Shown here piece after piece: positions 1 through 17,371 of a DNA stretch of 64,000 nt. The notes beneath the pieces are model-generated. The model saw nothing but the letters and a program-made list of their open reading frames with translations. It was not told where the DNA came from and did no database searches. The DNA is from Eledone cirrhosa (lineage: Eukaryota): contig OZ024741.1 in NCBI GenBank assembly GCA_964016885.1, positions 410,750,001 to 410,814,000 on the forward strand, written 5' to 3'. A program made the translations under genes and the position numbers. Position 1 is the stretch's first letter; the number at the start of each line of letters is the position of its first letter.

Positions 1-3000
1 CCTATTATAAACCAGATATACACTGGGATACAGTGTACCTATTGTAAACCTGATATACAGGGATACAGTGTACCTATTGTAAACCAGATATATACAGGGA
101 TACAGTGTACCTATTGTAAACCAGATACACACAGGGATAGTGTACTTATTGTAAACTAGATACACAGGGATACAGTGTACCTATTATTAACCAGATATAC
201 ACTGGGATACAGTGTACCTATTGTAAACCAGATACACAGGGTTACAGTGTACCTATTGTAAACCAGATAAACACAGGGATGCAGTGTACCTATTGTAAAC
301 CAGATATACACAGGGATACAGTGTACCTATTGTAAACCAGATATACACAGGGATACAGTGTACTTATTGTAAACCTGATATACACAGGGATACAGTGTAC
401 CTATTGTAAACCAGATATAAACAGGGATACATTGTACCTATTGAAAACAAGATATACACAGGGATACAGTGTACCTATTGTAAACCAGATATACACAGGG
501 ATACAGTGTACCTATTGTAAACCAGATATACACAGGGATAGTGTACCTAGTGTAAACCAGATATACACAGGGATACAGTGTACCTATTGTAAACCAGATA
601 CACGACAGGGATACAGTGTACCTGTTGTAAACCAGATATACACAGGGATACAGTGTACCTATTGTAAACCAGATATACACAGGGATACAGTGTACCTATT
701 GTAAACCAGATATACCCAGGGATACAGTGTACCTATTGTAAACCTTACATACACAGGGATACAGTGAACCTATTGTAAACCAGATACACACTGGGATACA
801 GTGTACCTATTGTAAAACAGATATACAAAGGGATAGTGTACCTATTATAAACTAGATATAGACTGGGATACAGTGTACCTATTGTAAACCAGATACACAG
901 GGATACAGTGTACCTATTGTAAACCTGATATACACTGGGATACAGTGTACCTACTCTAAACCAGGTACACAGGGATACAGTGTACCTATTGTAAACCAGA
1001 TACACACAGGGATACAGTGTACCTATTGTAAACCAGATATACACAGGGATACAGTGTACCTATTGTAAACCTGATATACACTGGGATACAGTGTACCTGC
1101 TCTAAATCAGGTACACAGGGATACAGTGTACCTATTGTAAACCAGATATACCCAGGGATACAGTGTACCTATTGTAAACCAGATATACACAGGGATACAG
1201 TGTACCTATTGTAAACCAGATATACACAGGGATACAGTGTACCTATTGTAAACCAGATATACCCAGGGATACAGTGTACCTATTATAAACCAGATATACA
1301 CAGGGATACAGTGTACCTATTATAAACCAGATATACAAAGGGATAGTGTACCTATTATAAACTAGATATAGACTGGGATACAGTGTACCTATTGTAAACC
1401 AGATACACAGGGATACAGTGTACCTATTGTAAACCTGATATACACTGGGATACAGTGTACCTACTCTAAACCAGGTACACAGGGATACAGTGTACCTATT
1501 GTAAACCAGATACACACAGGGATACAGTGTACCTATTGTAAACCAGATATACACAGGGATACAGTGTACCTATTGTAGACCTGATATACCACAGGGATAC
1601 AGTGTACCTATTGTAAACCTTACATACACAGGGATACAGTGTACCTATTGTAAACCAGCTATACACAGGGATACAGTGTACCTATTGTAAACCAGATACA
1701 CACAGGGATGCAGTGTACCTATTGTAAACCAGATATACACAGGGATGCAGTGTACCTATTGTAAACCAGATATACACAGGGATACAGTGTACCTATTGTA
1801 AACCAGATACACACAGGGATGCAGTGTACCTATTGTAAACCAGATACACACAGGGATACAGTGTACCTATTGTAAACCAGATATACACAGGGATACAGTG
1901 TACCTATTGTAAACCAGATACACACAGGGATGCAGTGTACCTATTGTAAACCAGATACACACAGGGATACAGTGTACCTATTGTAAACCAGATATACACA
2001 GGGATACAGTGTACCTATTGTAAACCAGATACACACAGGGATGCAGTGTACCTATTGTAAACCAGATATACACAGGGATGCAGTGTACCTATTGTAAACC
2101 AGATATACACAGGGATACAGTGTACCTATTGTAAACCAGATACACACAGGGATGCAGTGTACCTATTGTAAACCAGATACACACAGGGATACAGTGTACC
2201 TATTGTAAACCAGATATACACAGGGATACAGTGTACCTATTGTAAACCAGATACACACAGGGATGCAGTGTACCTATTGTAAACCAGATACACACAGGGA
2301 TACAGTGTACCTATTGTAAACCAGATATACACAGGGATACAGTGTACCTATTGTAAACCAGATACACACAGGGATGCAGTGTACCTATTGTAAACCAGAT
2401 ACACACAGGGATACAGTGTACCTATTGTAAACCAGATATACACAGGGATACAGTGTACCTATTGTAAACCAGATACACACAGGGATGCAGTGTACATATT
2501 GTAAACCAGATATACACAGGGATGCAGTGTACCTATTGTAAACCAGATATACACAGGGATACAGTGTACCTATTGTAAACCAGATATACACAGGGATACA
2601 GTGTACTTATTGTAAACCTGATATACACAGGGATACAGTGTACCTATTGTAAACCAGATATACACAGGGATACAGTGTACCTATTGTAAACCAGATATAC
2701 ACAGGGATACAGTGTACCTATTGTAAACCAGATATACACAGGGATATAGTGTACCTATTGTAAACTAGATATACACTGGGATACAGCGTACCTATTGTAA
2801 ACCAGATATACACAGGGATACAGTGTACCTATTATAAACCAGATATACACAGGGATACAGTGTACCTATTGTAAACCAGATACACAGGGATATGGTGTAC
2901 CTAGTGTAAACCAGATATATACAGGGATACAGTGTGCCTGTTGTAAATCAGATATACACAGGGATACAGTGTACCTATTGTAAACCAGATATACACAGGG

Positions 3001-6000
3001 ATACAGTGTACCTATTGTAAACCAGATACACACTAGGATAGTGTACCTATTGTAAACCAGATATACACAGGGATACAGTGTACCTATTGTAAACCAGATA
3101 TACACAGGGATACAGTGTACCTATTGTAAACTAGATATACACTGGGATACAGCGTACCTATTGTAAACCAGATATACACAGGGATACAGTGTACCTATTA
3201 TAAACCAGATATACACAGGGATACAGTGTACCTATTGTAAACCAGATACACAGGGATATGGTGTACCTAGTGTAAACCAGATATATACAGGGATACAGTG
3301 TGCCTGTTGTAAATCAGATATACACAGGGATACAGTGTACCTATTATAAACCAGATATACAAAGGGATAGTGTACCTATTATAAACTAGATATAGACTGG
3401 GATACAGTGTACCTATTGTAAACCAGATACACAGGGATACAGTGTACCTATTGTAAACCTGATATACACTGGGATACAGTGTACCTACTCTAAACCAGGT
3501 ACACAGGGATACAGTGTACCTATTGTAAACCAGATACACACATGGATACTGTGTACCTATTGTAAACCAGATATACACAGGGATACAGTGTACCTATTGT
3601 AAACCTGATATACCACAGGGATACAGTGTACCTATTGTAAACCTTACATACACAGGGATACAGTGTACCTATTGTAAACCAGCTATACACAGGGATACAG
3701 TGTACCTATTGTAAACCAGATACACAGGGATACAGTGTACCTATTGTAAACCAGATATACACAGGGATACAGTGTACCTATTGTAAACCAGATACACTGG
3801 GAGACAGTGTACCTATTGAAAACCAGATATACACAGGGATACAGTGTACCTATTATAAACCAGATATACACAGGGATACAGTGTACCTATTGTAAACCAG
3901 ATACACAGGGATATGGTGTACCTAGTGTAAACCAGATATATACAGGGATACAGTGTGCCTGTTGTAAATCAGATATACACAGGGATACAGTGTACCTATT
4001 GTAAACCAGATACACACATGGATACTGTGTACCTATTGTAAACCATATATACACAGGGATACAGTGTACCTATTGTAAACCAGATATACACAGGGATACA
4101 GTGTACCTATTGTAAACCAGATATACCCAGGGATACAGTGTACCTATTGTAAACCAGATACACAGGGATATGGTGTACCTAGTGTAAACCAGATATACAC
4201 AGGGATATAGTGTACCTATTGTAAACCAGATACCCAGGGATACAATATACCTATTGCAAACCAGATATACAGAGATACAGTGTACCTATTGTAAACCAGA
4301 TATACACTGGGATCCAGTGTACCTATTGTAAACCTGATATACCACAGGGATACAGTGTACCTATTGTAAACCAGATATACACTGGGATACAGTGTACCTA
4401 TTGTAAACCAGATACACACAGGGATACAGTGTACCTATTGTAAACCTGATATACACTGGGATACAGTGTACCTCTTGTAAACCAGATATACCCAGGGATA
4501 GTGTACCTATTGTAAACCTTACATACACAAGGATACAGTGTACCTATTGTAAACCAGCTATACACAGGGATACAGTGTACCTATTGTAAACCAGATACAC
4601 AGGGATACAGTGTACCTATTGTAAACCAGATATACACAGGTATACAGTGTACCTATTGTAAACCAGATATACACTGGGATACAGTGTACCTATTATAAAC
4701 CAGATATACAAAGGGATAGTGTACCTATTATAAACTAGATATAGACTGGGATACAGTGTACCTATTGTAAACCAGATACACAGGGATACAGTGTACCTAT
4801 TGTAAACCTGATATACACTGGGATACAGTGTACCTACTCTAAACCAGGTACACAGGGATACAGTGTACCTATTGTAAACCAGATACACACAGGGATACAG
4901 TGTACCTATTGTAAACCAGCTATACACAGGGATACAGTGTACCTATTGTAAACCAGATACACAGGGATACAGTGTACCTATTGTAAACGAGATATACACA
5001 GGGATACAGTGTACCTATTGTAAACCACATATACACAGGGATACAGTGTACCTATTGTAAACCAGAAATACCCAGGGATAGAGTGTACCTATTGTAAACC
5101 AGATATACACAGGGATACAGTGTACCTATTGTAAACCAGATATACACAGGGATACAGTGTACCTATTGTAAATCAGATATACACAGGGATACAGTGTACC
5201 TATTGTAAACCAGATACACACAGGGATACAGTGTACCTATTGTAAACCAGATACACAGGGATACAGTGTACCTATTGTAAACGAGATATACACAGGGATA
5301 CAGTGTACCTATTGTAAACCACATATACACAGAGATACAGTGTACCTATTGTAAACCAGATATACACAGGGATACAGTGTACCTATTGTAAACCAGATAT
5401 ACACTGGGATACAGTGTACCTATTGTAAACCAGATATACACAGGGATACAGTGTACCTATTGTAAACCAGATACACACACGGATACAGTGTACCTATTGT
5501 AAACCAGATATACACAGGGATACAGTGTACCTATTGTAAACCAGATATACACTAGGATACAGTGTACCTAATGTAAACCTGTATACAGGGATACAGTGTA
5601 CCTATTGTAAACCAGATACAAACACGGATACAGTGTACCTATTGTAAACCAGATATACACAGGGATACAGTGTACATATTGTAAACCAGATATACACTAG
5701 GATACAGTGTACCTAATGTAAACCTGTATACAGGGATACAGTGTTCCTATTGTAAACCAGATACACAGGGATACAGTGTACCTATTGTAAACCAGATATA
5801 TACTGGGATACAGTGTACCTATTGTAAACCAGATATACACAGGGATACAGTGTACCTATTGTAAACCAGATATACCCAGGGATACAGTGTACCTATTGTA
5901 AACCAGATATACACAGGGATACAGTGTACCTATTGTAAACCATATATATACAGGGATACAGTGTACCTATTGTAAACCAGATATACACTGGGATACAGTG

Positions 6001-9000
6001 TACCTATTGTAAACCAGATACACAGGGATACAGTGTACCTATTGTAAACCAGATATACCCAGGGATAGTGTACCTATTATAAACCAGATATACACAGGGA
6101 TACAGTGTACCTATCGTAAACCAGATACACAGGGATATGGTGTACCTAGTGTAAACCAGATATACACAGGGATATAGTGTACCTATTGTAAACCAGATAC
6201 CCAGGGATACAATATACCTATTGCAAACCAGATATACAGAGATACAGTGTACCTATTGTAAACCAGATATACACTGGGATCCAGTGTACCTATTGTAAAC
6301 CTGATATACCACAGGGATACAGTGTACCTATTGTAAACCAGATATACACTGGGATACAGTGTACCTATTGTAAACCAGATACACACAGGGATACAGTGTA
6401 CCTATTGTAAACCTGATATACACTGGGATACAGTGTACCTCTTGTAAACCAGATATACCCAGGGATAGTGTACCTATTGTAAACCTTACATACACAAGGA
6501 TACAGTGTACCTATTGTAAACCAGCTATACACAGGGATACAGTGTACCTATTGTAAACCAGATACACAGGGATACAGTGTACCTATTGTAAACCAGATAT
6601 ACACAGGTATACAGTGTACCTATTGTAAACCAGATATACACTGGGATACAGTGTACCTATTGTAAACCAGATACACACAGGGATACAGTGTACCTATTGT
6701 AAACCTGATATACACTGGGATACAGTGTACCTCTTGTAAACCAGATATACACAGGGATACAGTGTACCTATTGTAAACCAGATACGCAGGGATACAGTGT
6801 ACCTATTGTAAACCAGATATACCCAGGGATACAGTGTACCTATTGTAAACCAGATATACACAGGGATACAGTGTACCTATTGTAAACCAGATATACACAG
6901 GGATACAGTGTACCTATTGTAAACCAGATATAAACAGGGATACAGTGTACCTACTGTAAACCAGATATACACTGGGATACAGTGTACCTATTGTAAACCA
7001 GATATACACTGGGAGACAGTGTACCTATTGTAAACCAGATATACACTGGGATACAGTGTACCTATTGTAAACCAGATACACACAGGGATACAGTGTACCT
7101 ATTATAAACCAGATATACACAGGGATACAGTGTACCTATCGTAAACCAGATACACAGGGATATGGTGTACCTAGTGTAAACCAGATATACACAGGGATAT
7201 AGTGTATCTATTGTAAACCAGATACCCAGGGATACAATATACCTATTGCAAACCAGATATACAGAGATACAGTGTACCTATTGTAAACCAGATATACACT
7301 GGGATCCAGTGTACCTATTGTAAACCTGATATACCACAGGGATACAGTGTACCTATTGTAAACCAGATATACACTGGGATACAGTGTACCTATTGTAAAC
7401 CAGATACACACAGGGATACAGTGTACCTATTGTAAACCTGATATACACTGGGATACAGTGTACCTCTTGTAAACCAGATATACCCAGGGATAGTGTACCT
7501 ATTGTAAACCTTACATACACAAGGATACAGTGTACCTATTGTAAACCAGCTATACACAGGGATACAGTGTACCTATTGTAAACCAGATACACAGGGATAC
7601 AGTGTACCTATTGTAAACCAGATATACACAGGTATACAGTGTACCTATTGTAAACCAGATATACACTGGGATACAGTGTACCTATTGTAAACCAGATACA
7701 CACAGGGATACAGTGTACCTATTGTAAACCTGATATACACTGGGATACAGTGTACCTCTTGTAAACCAGATATACACAGGGATACAGTGTACCTATTGTA
7801 AACCAGATACGCAGGGATACAGTGTACCTATTGTAAACCAGATATACCCAGGGATACAGTGTACCTATTGTAAACCAGATATACACAGGGATACAGTGTA
7901 CCTATTGTAAACCAGATATACACAGGGATACAGTGTACCTATTGTAAACCAGATATAAACAGGGATACAGTGTACCTACTGTAAACCAGATATACACTGG
8001 GATACAGTGTACCTATTGTAAACCAGATATACACTGGGAGACAGTGTACCTATTGTAAACCAGATATACACTGGGATACAGTGTACCTATTGTAAACCAG
8101 ATACACACAGGGATACAGTGTACCTATTGTAAACCTGATATACACTGGGATACAGTGTACCTATTGTAAACCAAATATGCAGGGATACAGTGTACCTATT
8201 GTAAACCAGATATACCCAGGGATACAGTGTACCTATTGTAAACCAGATATACACTGGGATACAGTGTACCTAATGTAAACCTGTAATACACTGGGATATA
8301 GTGTACCTATTGTAAACCAGATATACACAGGGATACAGTGTACCTATTGTAAACCAGATATACAAAGGGATAGTGAACCTATTATAAACTAGATATACAC
8401 TGGGATACAGTGTACCTATTGTAAACCAGATACACAGGGATACAGTGTACCTATTGTAAACCTGATATACACTGGGATACAGTGTACCTACTCTAAACCA
8501 GGTACACAGGGATACAGTGTACCTATTGTAAACGAGATATACACAGGGATACAGTGTACCTATTGTAAACCAGATATACACAGGGATACAGTGTACCTAT
8601 TATAAACCAGATATACACTGGGATACAGTGTACCTATTGTAAACCTGATATACACAGGGATACAGTGTACCTATTTTAATCTAGATATACACTGGGATAC
8701 AGTGTACTTATTGTAAACTAGATACACCACAGGGATACAGTGTACCTATTGAAAACCAGATATACACAGGGATACAGTGTACCTATTGTAAACCAGATAT
8801 ACACTGGGATACAGTGTACCTATTGTAAACCAGATATACACAGGGATACAGTGTACCTATTGTAAACCAGATACCCAGGGATACAGTGTACCTATTATAA
8901 ACCAGATATACACAGGGATACAGTGTACCTATTGTAAACCAGATACACAGGGATATGGTGTACCTAGTGTAAACCAAATATACACAGGGATACAGTGTAC

Positions 9001-12000
9001 CTATTGTAAACCAGATATATACAGGGATACAGTGTACCTATTGTAAACCAGATATACACAGGGATACAGTGTACCTATTGTAAACCTGATATACAGGGAT
9101 ACATTGTACCTATTGTAAACCAGATATATACAGGGATACAGTGTACCTATTGTAAACAAGATACACACAGGGATAGTGTACCTATTGTAAACTAGATACA
9201 CAGGGATACAGTGTACCTATTGTAAACCAGATATACACTCGGATACAGTGTACTTATTGTAAACCAGATACACCACAGGGATACAGTGTACCTGTTGTAA
9301 ACCAGATATACACAGGGATACAGTGTACCTATTGTAAACCAGATATACACAGGGATACAGTGTACCTATTGTAAATCAGGTATATACACAGAGACACAGT
9401 GTACCTATTGTAAACCAGATATACCCAGGGATACAGTGTACCTATTGTAAACCAGATACACACAGGAATAGTGTACCTATTGTAAACCAGATATACACAG
9501 GGATACAGTGTACCTATTGTAAACCAGATATACAATGTACCTATTGTAAACAAGATATACACAGGGATACAGTGTACCTATTGTAAACCAGATATACCCA
9601 GGGATAGTGTACCTATTGTAAACCAGATATACACAGGGATACAGTGTACCTATTGTATACCAGACATACACTGGGATACAGTGTACCTATTGTAAACCAG
9701 ACATACACAGGGATACAGTGTACCTATTGTAACCCAGATGTACCCAGGGATACAGTATACCTATTGTAAACCAGATATACACAGGGATACAGTGTACCTA
9801 TTGTAAACCAGATATACACAGGGATACAGTGTACCTATTGTAAACCAGATATACACAGGGATACAGTGTACCTATTGTAAACCAGATACACACAGGGATA
9901 CAGTGTACCTATTGTAAACCAGATACACAGGGATACAGTGTACCTATTGTAAACCAGATATACACAGGGATACAGTGTACCTATTGTAAACCAGATATAC
10001 CCAGGGATACAATATACCTATTGCAAACCAGATATACAGAGATACAGTGTACCTATTGTAAACCAGATATACACTGGGATCCAGTGTACCTATTGTAAAC
10101 CTGATATACCACAGGGATACAGTGTACCTATTGTAAACCAGATATACACTGGGATACAGTGTACCTATTGTAAACCAGATACACACAGGGATACAGTGTA
10201 CCTATTGTAAACCTGATATACACTGGGATACAGTGTACCTCTTGTAAACCAGATATACCCAGGGATAGTGTACCTATTGTAAACCTTACATACACAAGGA
10301 TACAGTGTACCTATTGTAAACCAGCTATACACAGGGATACAGTGTACCTATTGTAAACCAGATACACAGGGATACAGTGTACCTATTGTAAACCAGATAT
10401 ACACAGGTATACAGTGTACCTATTGTAAACCAGATATACACTGGGATACAGTGTACCTATTGTAAACCAGATACACACAGGGATACAGTGTACCTATTGT
10501 AAACCTGATATACACTGGGATACAGTGTACCTCTTGTAAACCAGATATACACAGGGATACAGTGTACCTATTGTAAACCAGATACGCAGGGATACAGTGT
10601 ACCTATTGTAAACCAGATATACCCAGGGATACAGTGTACCTATTGTAAACCAGATATACACAGGGATACAGTGTACCTATTGTAAACCAGATATACACAG
10701 GGATACAGTGTACCTATTGTAAACCAGATATAAACAGGGATACAGTGTACCTACTGTAAACCAGATATACACTGGGATACAGTGTACCTATTGTAAACCA
10801 GATATACACTGGGAGACAGTGTACCTATTGTAAACCAGATATACACTGGGATACAGTGTACCTATTGTAAACCAGATACACACAGGGATACAGTGTACCT
10901 ATTGTAAACCAGATATACCCAGGGATAGTGTACCTATTATAAACCAGATATACACAGGGATACAGTGTACCTATCGTAAACCAGATACACAGGGATATGG
11001 TGTACCTAGTGTAAACCAGATATACACAGGGATATAGTGTATCTATTGTAAACCAGATACCCAGGGATACAATATACCTATTGCAAACCAGATATACAGA
11101 GATACAGTGTACCTATTGTAAACCAGATATACACTGGGATCCAGTGTACCTATTGTAAACCTGATATACCACAGGGATACAGTGTACCTATTGTAAACCA
11201 GATATACACTGGGATACAGTGTACCTATTGTAAACCAGATACACACAGGGATACAGTGTACCTATTGTAAACCTGATATACACTGGGATACAGTGTACCT
11301 CTTGTAAACCAGATATACCCAGGGATAGTGTACCTATTGTAAACCTTACATACACAAGGATACAGTGTACCTATTGTAAACCAGCTATACACAGGGATAC
11401 AGTGTACCTATTGTAAACCAGATACACAGGGATACAGTGTACCTATTGTAAACCAGATATACACAGGTATACAGTGTACCTATTGTAAACCAGATATACA
11501 CTGGGATACAGTGTACCTATTGTAAACCAGATACACACAGGGATACAGTGTACCTATTGTAAACCTGATATACACTGGGATACAGTGTACCTCTTGTAAA
11601 CCAGATATACACAGGGATACAGTGTACCTATTGTAAACCAGATACGCAGGGATACAGTGTACCTATTGTAAACCAGATATACCCAGGGATACAGTGTACC
11701 TATTGTAAACCAGATATACACAGGGATACAGTGTACCTATTGTAAACCAGATATACACAGGGATACAGTGTACCTATTGTAAACCAGATATAAACAGGGA
11801 TACAGTGTACCTACTGTAAACCAGATATACACTGGGATACAGTGTACCTATTGTAAACCAGATATACACTGGGAGACAGTGTACCTATTGTAAACCAGAT
11901 ATACACTGGGATACAGTGTACCTATTGTAAACCAGATACACACAGGGATACAGTGTACCTATTGTAAACCTGATATACACTGGGATACAGTGTACCTATT

Positions 12001-15000
12001 GTAAACCAAATATGCAGGGATACAGTGTACCTATTGTAAACCAGATATACCCAGGGATACAGTGTACCTATTGTAAACCAGATATACACTGGGATACAGT
12101 GTACCTAATGTAAACCTGTAATACACTGGGATATAGTGTACCTATTGTAAACCAGATATACACAGGGATACAGTGTACCTATTGTAAACCAGATATACAA
12201 AGGGATAGTGAACCTATTATAAACTAGATATACACTGGGATACAGTGTACCTATTGTAAACCAGATACACAGGGATACAGTGTACCTATTGTAAACCTGA
12301 TATACACTGGGATACAGTGTACCTACTCTAAACCAGGTACACAGGGATACAGTGTACCTATTGTAAACGAGATATACACAGGGATACAGTGTACCTATTG
12401 TAAACCAGATATACACAGGGATACAGTGTACCTATTATAAACCAGATATACACTGGGATACAGTGTACCTATTGTAAACCTGATATACACAGGGATACAG
12501 TGTACCTATTTTAATCTAGATATACACTGGGATACAGTGTACTTATTGTAAACTAGATACACCACAGGGATACAGTGTACCTATTGAAAACCAGATATAC
12601 ACAGGGATACAGTGTACCTATTGTAAACCAGATATACACTGGGATACAGTGTACCTATTGTAAACCAGATATACACAGGGATACAGTGTACCTATTGTAA
12701 ACCAGATACCCAGGGATACAGTGTACCTATTATAAACCAGATATACACAGGGATACAGTGTACCTATTGTAAACCAGATACACAGGGATATGGTGTACCT
12801 AGTGTAAACCAAATATACACAGGGATACAGTGTACCTATTGTAAACCAGATATATACAGGGATACAGTGTACCTATTGTAAACCAGATATACACAGGGAT
12901 ACAGTGTACCTATTGTAAACCTGATATACAGGGATACATTGTACCTATTGTAAACCAGATATATACAGGGATACAGTGTACCTATTGTAAACAAGATACA
13001 CACAGGGATAGTGTACCTATTGTAAACTAGATACACAGGGATACAGTGTACCTATTGTAAACCAGATATACACTCGGATACAGTGTACTTATTGTAAACC
13101 AGATACACCACAGGGATACAGTGTACCTGTTGTAAACCAGATATACACAGGGATACAGTGTACCTATTGTAAACCAGATATACACAGGGATACAGTGTAC
13201 CTATTGTAAATCAGGTATATACACAGAGACACAGTGTACCTATTGTAAACCAGATATACCCAGGGATACAGTGTACCTATTGTAAACCAGATACACACAG
13301 GAATAGTGTACCTATTGTAAACCAGATATACACAGGGATACAGTGTACCTATTGTAAACCAGATATACAATGTACCTATTGTAAACAAGATATACACAGG
13401 GATACAGTGTACCTATTGTAAACCAGATATACCCAGGGATAGTGTACCTATTGTAAACCAGATATACACAGGGATACAGTGTACCTATTGTATACCAGAC
13501 ATACACTGGGATACAGTGTACCTATTGTAAACCAGACATACACAGGGATACAGTGTACCTATTGTAACCCAGATGTACCCAGGGATACAGTATACCTATT
13601 GTAAACCAGATATACACAGGGATACAGTGTACCTATTGTAAACCAGATATACACAGGGATACAGTGTACCTATTGTAAACCAGATATACACAGGGATACA
13701 GTGTACCTATTGTAAACCAGATACACACAGGGATACAGTGTACCTATTGTAAACCAGATATACACAGGGATACAGTGTACCTATTGTAAACCAGATATAC
13801 ACAGGGATACAGTGTACCGATTGTAAACCAGATATACCCAGGGATACAGTTTACCTATTGTAAACCAGATATACACAGGGATACAGTGTACATATTGTAA
13901 ACCAGATATGCACAGGGATACAGTGTACCTATTGTAAACCAGATATACACAGGGATACAGTGTACCTATTGTATACCAGATATACACAGGGATACAGTGT
14001 ACCTATTGTAAACCAGATGTACCCAGGGATACAGTGTACCTATTGTAAACCAGATATACACTGGGATACAGTGTACCTATTGTAAACCTGATATACTGGG
14101 ATACAGTGTACCTATTGTAAACCTGATATACACAGGGATACAGTGTACCTATTGTAAACCAGATACACACAGGGATACAGTGTACCTATTGTAAACCAGA
14201 TATACACAGGGATACAGTGTACCTATTGTAAACCAGATATACACAGGGATACAGTGTACCGATTGTAAACCAGATATACCCAGGGATACAGTGTACCTAT
14301 TGTAAACCAGATATACACTGGGATACAGTGTACCTATTGTAAACCTGATATACTGGGATACAGTGTACCTCTTGTAAACCAGATATACACAGGGATACAG
14401 TGTACCTATTGTAAACCAGATACGCAGGGATACAGTGTACCTATTGTAAACCAGATATACCCAGGGATACAGTGTACCTATTGTAAACCAGATATACACA
14501 GGGATACAGTGTACCTATTGTAAACCAGATATACACAGGGATACAGTGTACCTATTGTAAACCAGATATAAACAGGGATACAGTGTACCTACTGTAAACC
14601 AGATATACACTGGGATACAGTGTACCTATTGTAAACCAGATATACACTGGGAGACAGTGTACCTATTGTAAACCAGATATACACTGGGATACAGTGTACC
14701 TATTGTAAACCAGATACACACAGGGATACAGTGTACCTATTGTAAACCTGATATACACTGGGATACAGTGTACCTATTGTAAACCAAATATGCAGGGATA
14801 CAGTGTACCTATTGTAAACCAGATATACCCAGGGATACAGTGTACCTATTGTAAACCAGATATACACTGGGATACAGTGTACCTAATGTAAACCTGTAAT
14901 ACACTGGGATATAGTGTACCTATTGTAAACCAGATATACACAGGGATACAGTGTACCTATTGTAAACCAGATATACAAAGGGATAGTGAACCTATTATAA

Positions 15001-17099
15001 ACTAGATATACACTGGGATACAGTGTACCTATTGTAAACCAGATACACAGGGATACAGTGTACCTATTGTAAACCTGATATACACTGGGATACAGTGTAC
15101 CTACTCTAAACCAGGTACACAGGGATACAGTGTACCTATTGTAAACGAGATATACACAGGGATACAGTGTACCTATTGTAAACCAGATATACACAGGGAT
15201 ACAGTGTACCTATTATAAACCAGATATACACTGGGATACAGTGTACCTATTGTAAACCTGATATACACAGGGATACAGTGTACCTATTTTAATCTAGATA
15301 TACACTGGGATACAGTGTACTTATTGTAAACTAGATACACCACAGGGATACAGTGTACCTATTGAAAACCAGATATACACAGGGATACAGTGTACCTATT
15401 GTAAACCAGATATACACTGGGATACAGTGTACCTATTGTAAACCAGATATACACAGGGATACAGTGTACCTATTGTAAACAAGATACACACAGGGATAGT
15501 GTACCTATTGTAAACTAGATACACAGGGATACAGTGTACCTATTGTAAACCAGATATACACTCGGATACAGTGTACTTATTGTAAACCAGATACACCACA
15601 GGGATACAGTGTACCTGTTGTAAACCAGATATACACAGGGATACAGTGTACCTATTGTAAACCAGATATACACAGGGATACAGTGTACCTATTGTAAATC
15701 AGGTATATACACAGAGACACAGTGTACCTATTGTAAACCAGATATACCCAGGGATACAGTGTACCTATTGTAAACCAGATACACACAGGAATAGTGTACC
15801 TATTGTAAACCAGATATACACAGGGATACAGTGTACCTATTGTAAACCTGTAATACAGTGGGATATAGTGTACCTATTGTAAACCAGATATACACAGGGA
15901 TACAGTGTACCTATTGTAAACCAGATATACAATGTACCTATTGTAAACAAGATATACACAGGGATACAGTGTACCTATTGTAAACCAGATATACCCAGGG
16001 ATAGTGTACCTATTGTAAACCAGATATACACAGGGATACAGTGTACCTATTGTATACCAGACATACACTGGGATACAGTGTACCTATTGTAAACCAGACA
16101 TACACAGGGATACAGTGTACCTATTGTAACCCAGATGTACCCAGGGATACAGTATACCTATTGTAAACCAGATATACACAGGGATACAGTGTACCTATTG
16201 TAAACCAGATATACACAGGGATACAGTGTACCTATTGTAAACCAGATATACACAGGGATACAGTGTACCTATTGTAAACCAGATACACACAGGGATACAG
16301 TGTACCTATTGTAAACCAGATATACACAGGGATACAGTGTACCTATTGTAAACCAGATATACACAGGGATACAGTGTACCGATTGTAAACCAGATATACC
16401 CAGGGATACAGTTTACCTATTGTAAACCAGATATACACAGGGATAAAATGTACATATTGTAAACCAGATATGCACAGGGATACAGTGTACCTATTGTAAA
16501 CCAGATATACACAGGGATACAGTGTACCTATTGTATACCAGATATACACAGGGATACAGTGTACCTATTGTAAACCAGATGTACCCAGGGATACAGTGTA
16601 CCTATTGTAAACCAGATATACACTGGGATACAGTGTACCTATTGTAAACCTGATATACTGGGATACAGTGTACCTATTGTAAACCTGATATACAGGGATA
16701 CAGTGTACCTATTGTAAACCAGATGTACCCAGGGATACAGTGTACCTATTGTAAACCAGATATACCCAGGGATACAGTGTACCTATTGTAAACTTGATAT
16801 ACACTGGGATACAGTGTACCTATTGTAAACCAGATATACACAGGGATACAGTGTACCTATTGTAAACCTGATACACACAGGCATAGTGTACCTATTGTAA
16901 ACCTGATATACACTGGGATACAGCGTACCTCTTGTAAACCTGATATACACAGGGATACAGTGTACCTATTGTAAACCTGATACACACAGGGATACAGTGT
17001 ACCTATTGTAAACCTGATACACACCGGGATACAGTGTACCTCTTGTAAACCTGATATACACAGGGATACAGTGTACCTATTGTAAACCTGATACACACA
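1..17099. repeat. 37-bp tandem satellite (consensus CCTATTGTAAACCAGATATACACAGGGATACAGTGTA; 35/38-bp variants), roughly 460 copies, in putative LHPP intron 5; continues beyond window start
   Basis: Unit recurs at 1, 38, ... without interruption to ~17099. Confidence 0.98.
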
Positions 17100-17160
17100 C
17101 TAGAAATCAAAATCAAAATTAAAAGAAAAACAATGTTGTCTCTGAGATGATGTGTGAGTG

Positions 17161-17295
17161 TATTTGAATAGATATAAAAATGAGAAAACTCATCATTAAG
17201 ACAGCCGTTAAAACAGCTAAATGCTGTCAAAGACAGTGAAGGGCAAAAATGCCTAAGAGGACAGAGACCAGTGGTCAACAGAGAGACAATCCACA
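17161..17295 (+). repeat. Dispersed repeat copy, left arm of an inverted pair with 17359-18067
   Basis: ACAGCCGTTAAAACA (17201-17215) is the exact reverse complement of 18018-18032; 17268-17295 pairs with 17359-17387; a third diverged copy lies at ~18523-18620. Confidence 0.75.
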
Positions 17296-17371
17296 AGGTG
17301 AGGGACAGTTAGATGAAATATACAAAAGTTTGAAAGAGGTGGAGTGCAAGGAGAAGTGTGTGGATTATCTT

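Noticed and set aside
1-17099. CRISPR-like array or repeated ORFs from the 37-bp unit
   Set aside because: Units are head-to-tail with no unique spacers, there are no cas genes, the context is eukaryotic, and 37 is not a multiple of 3.
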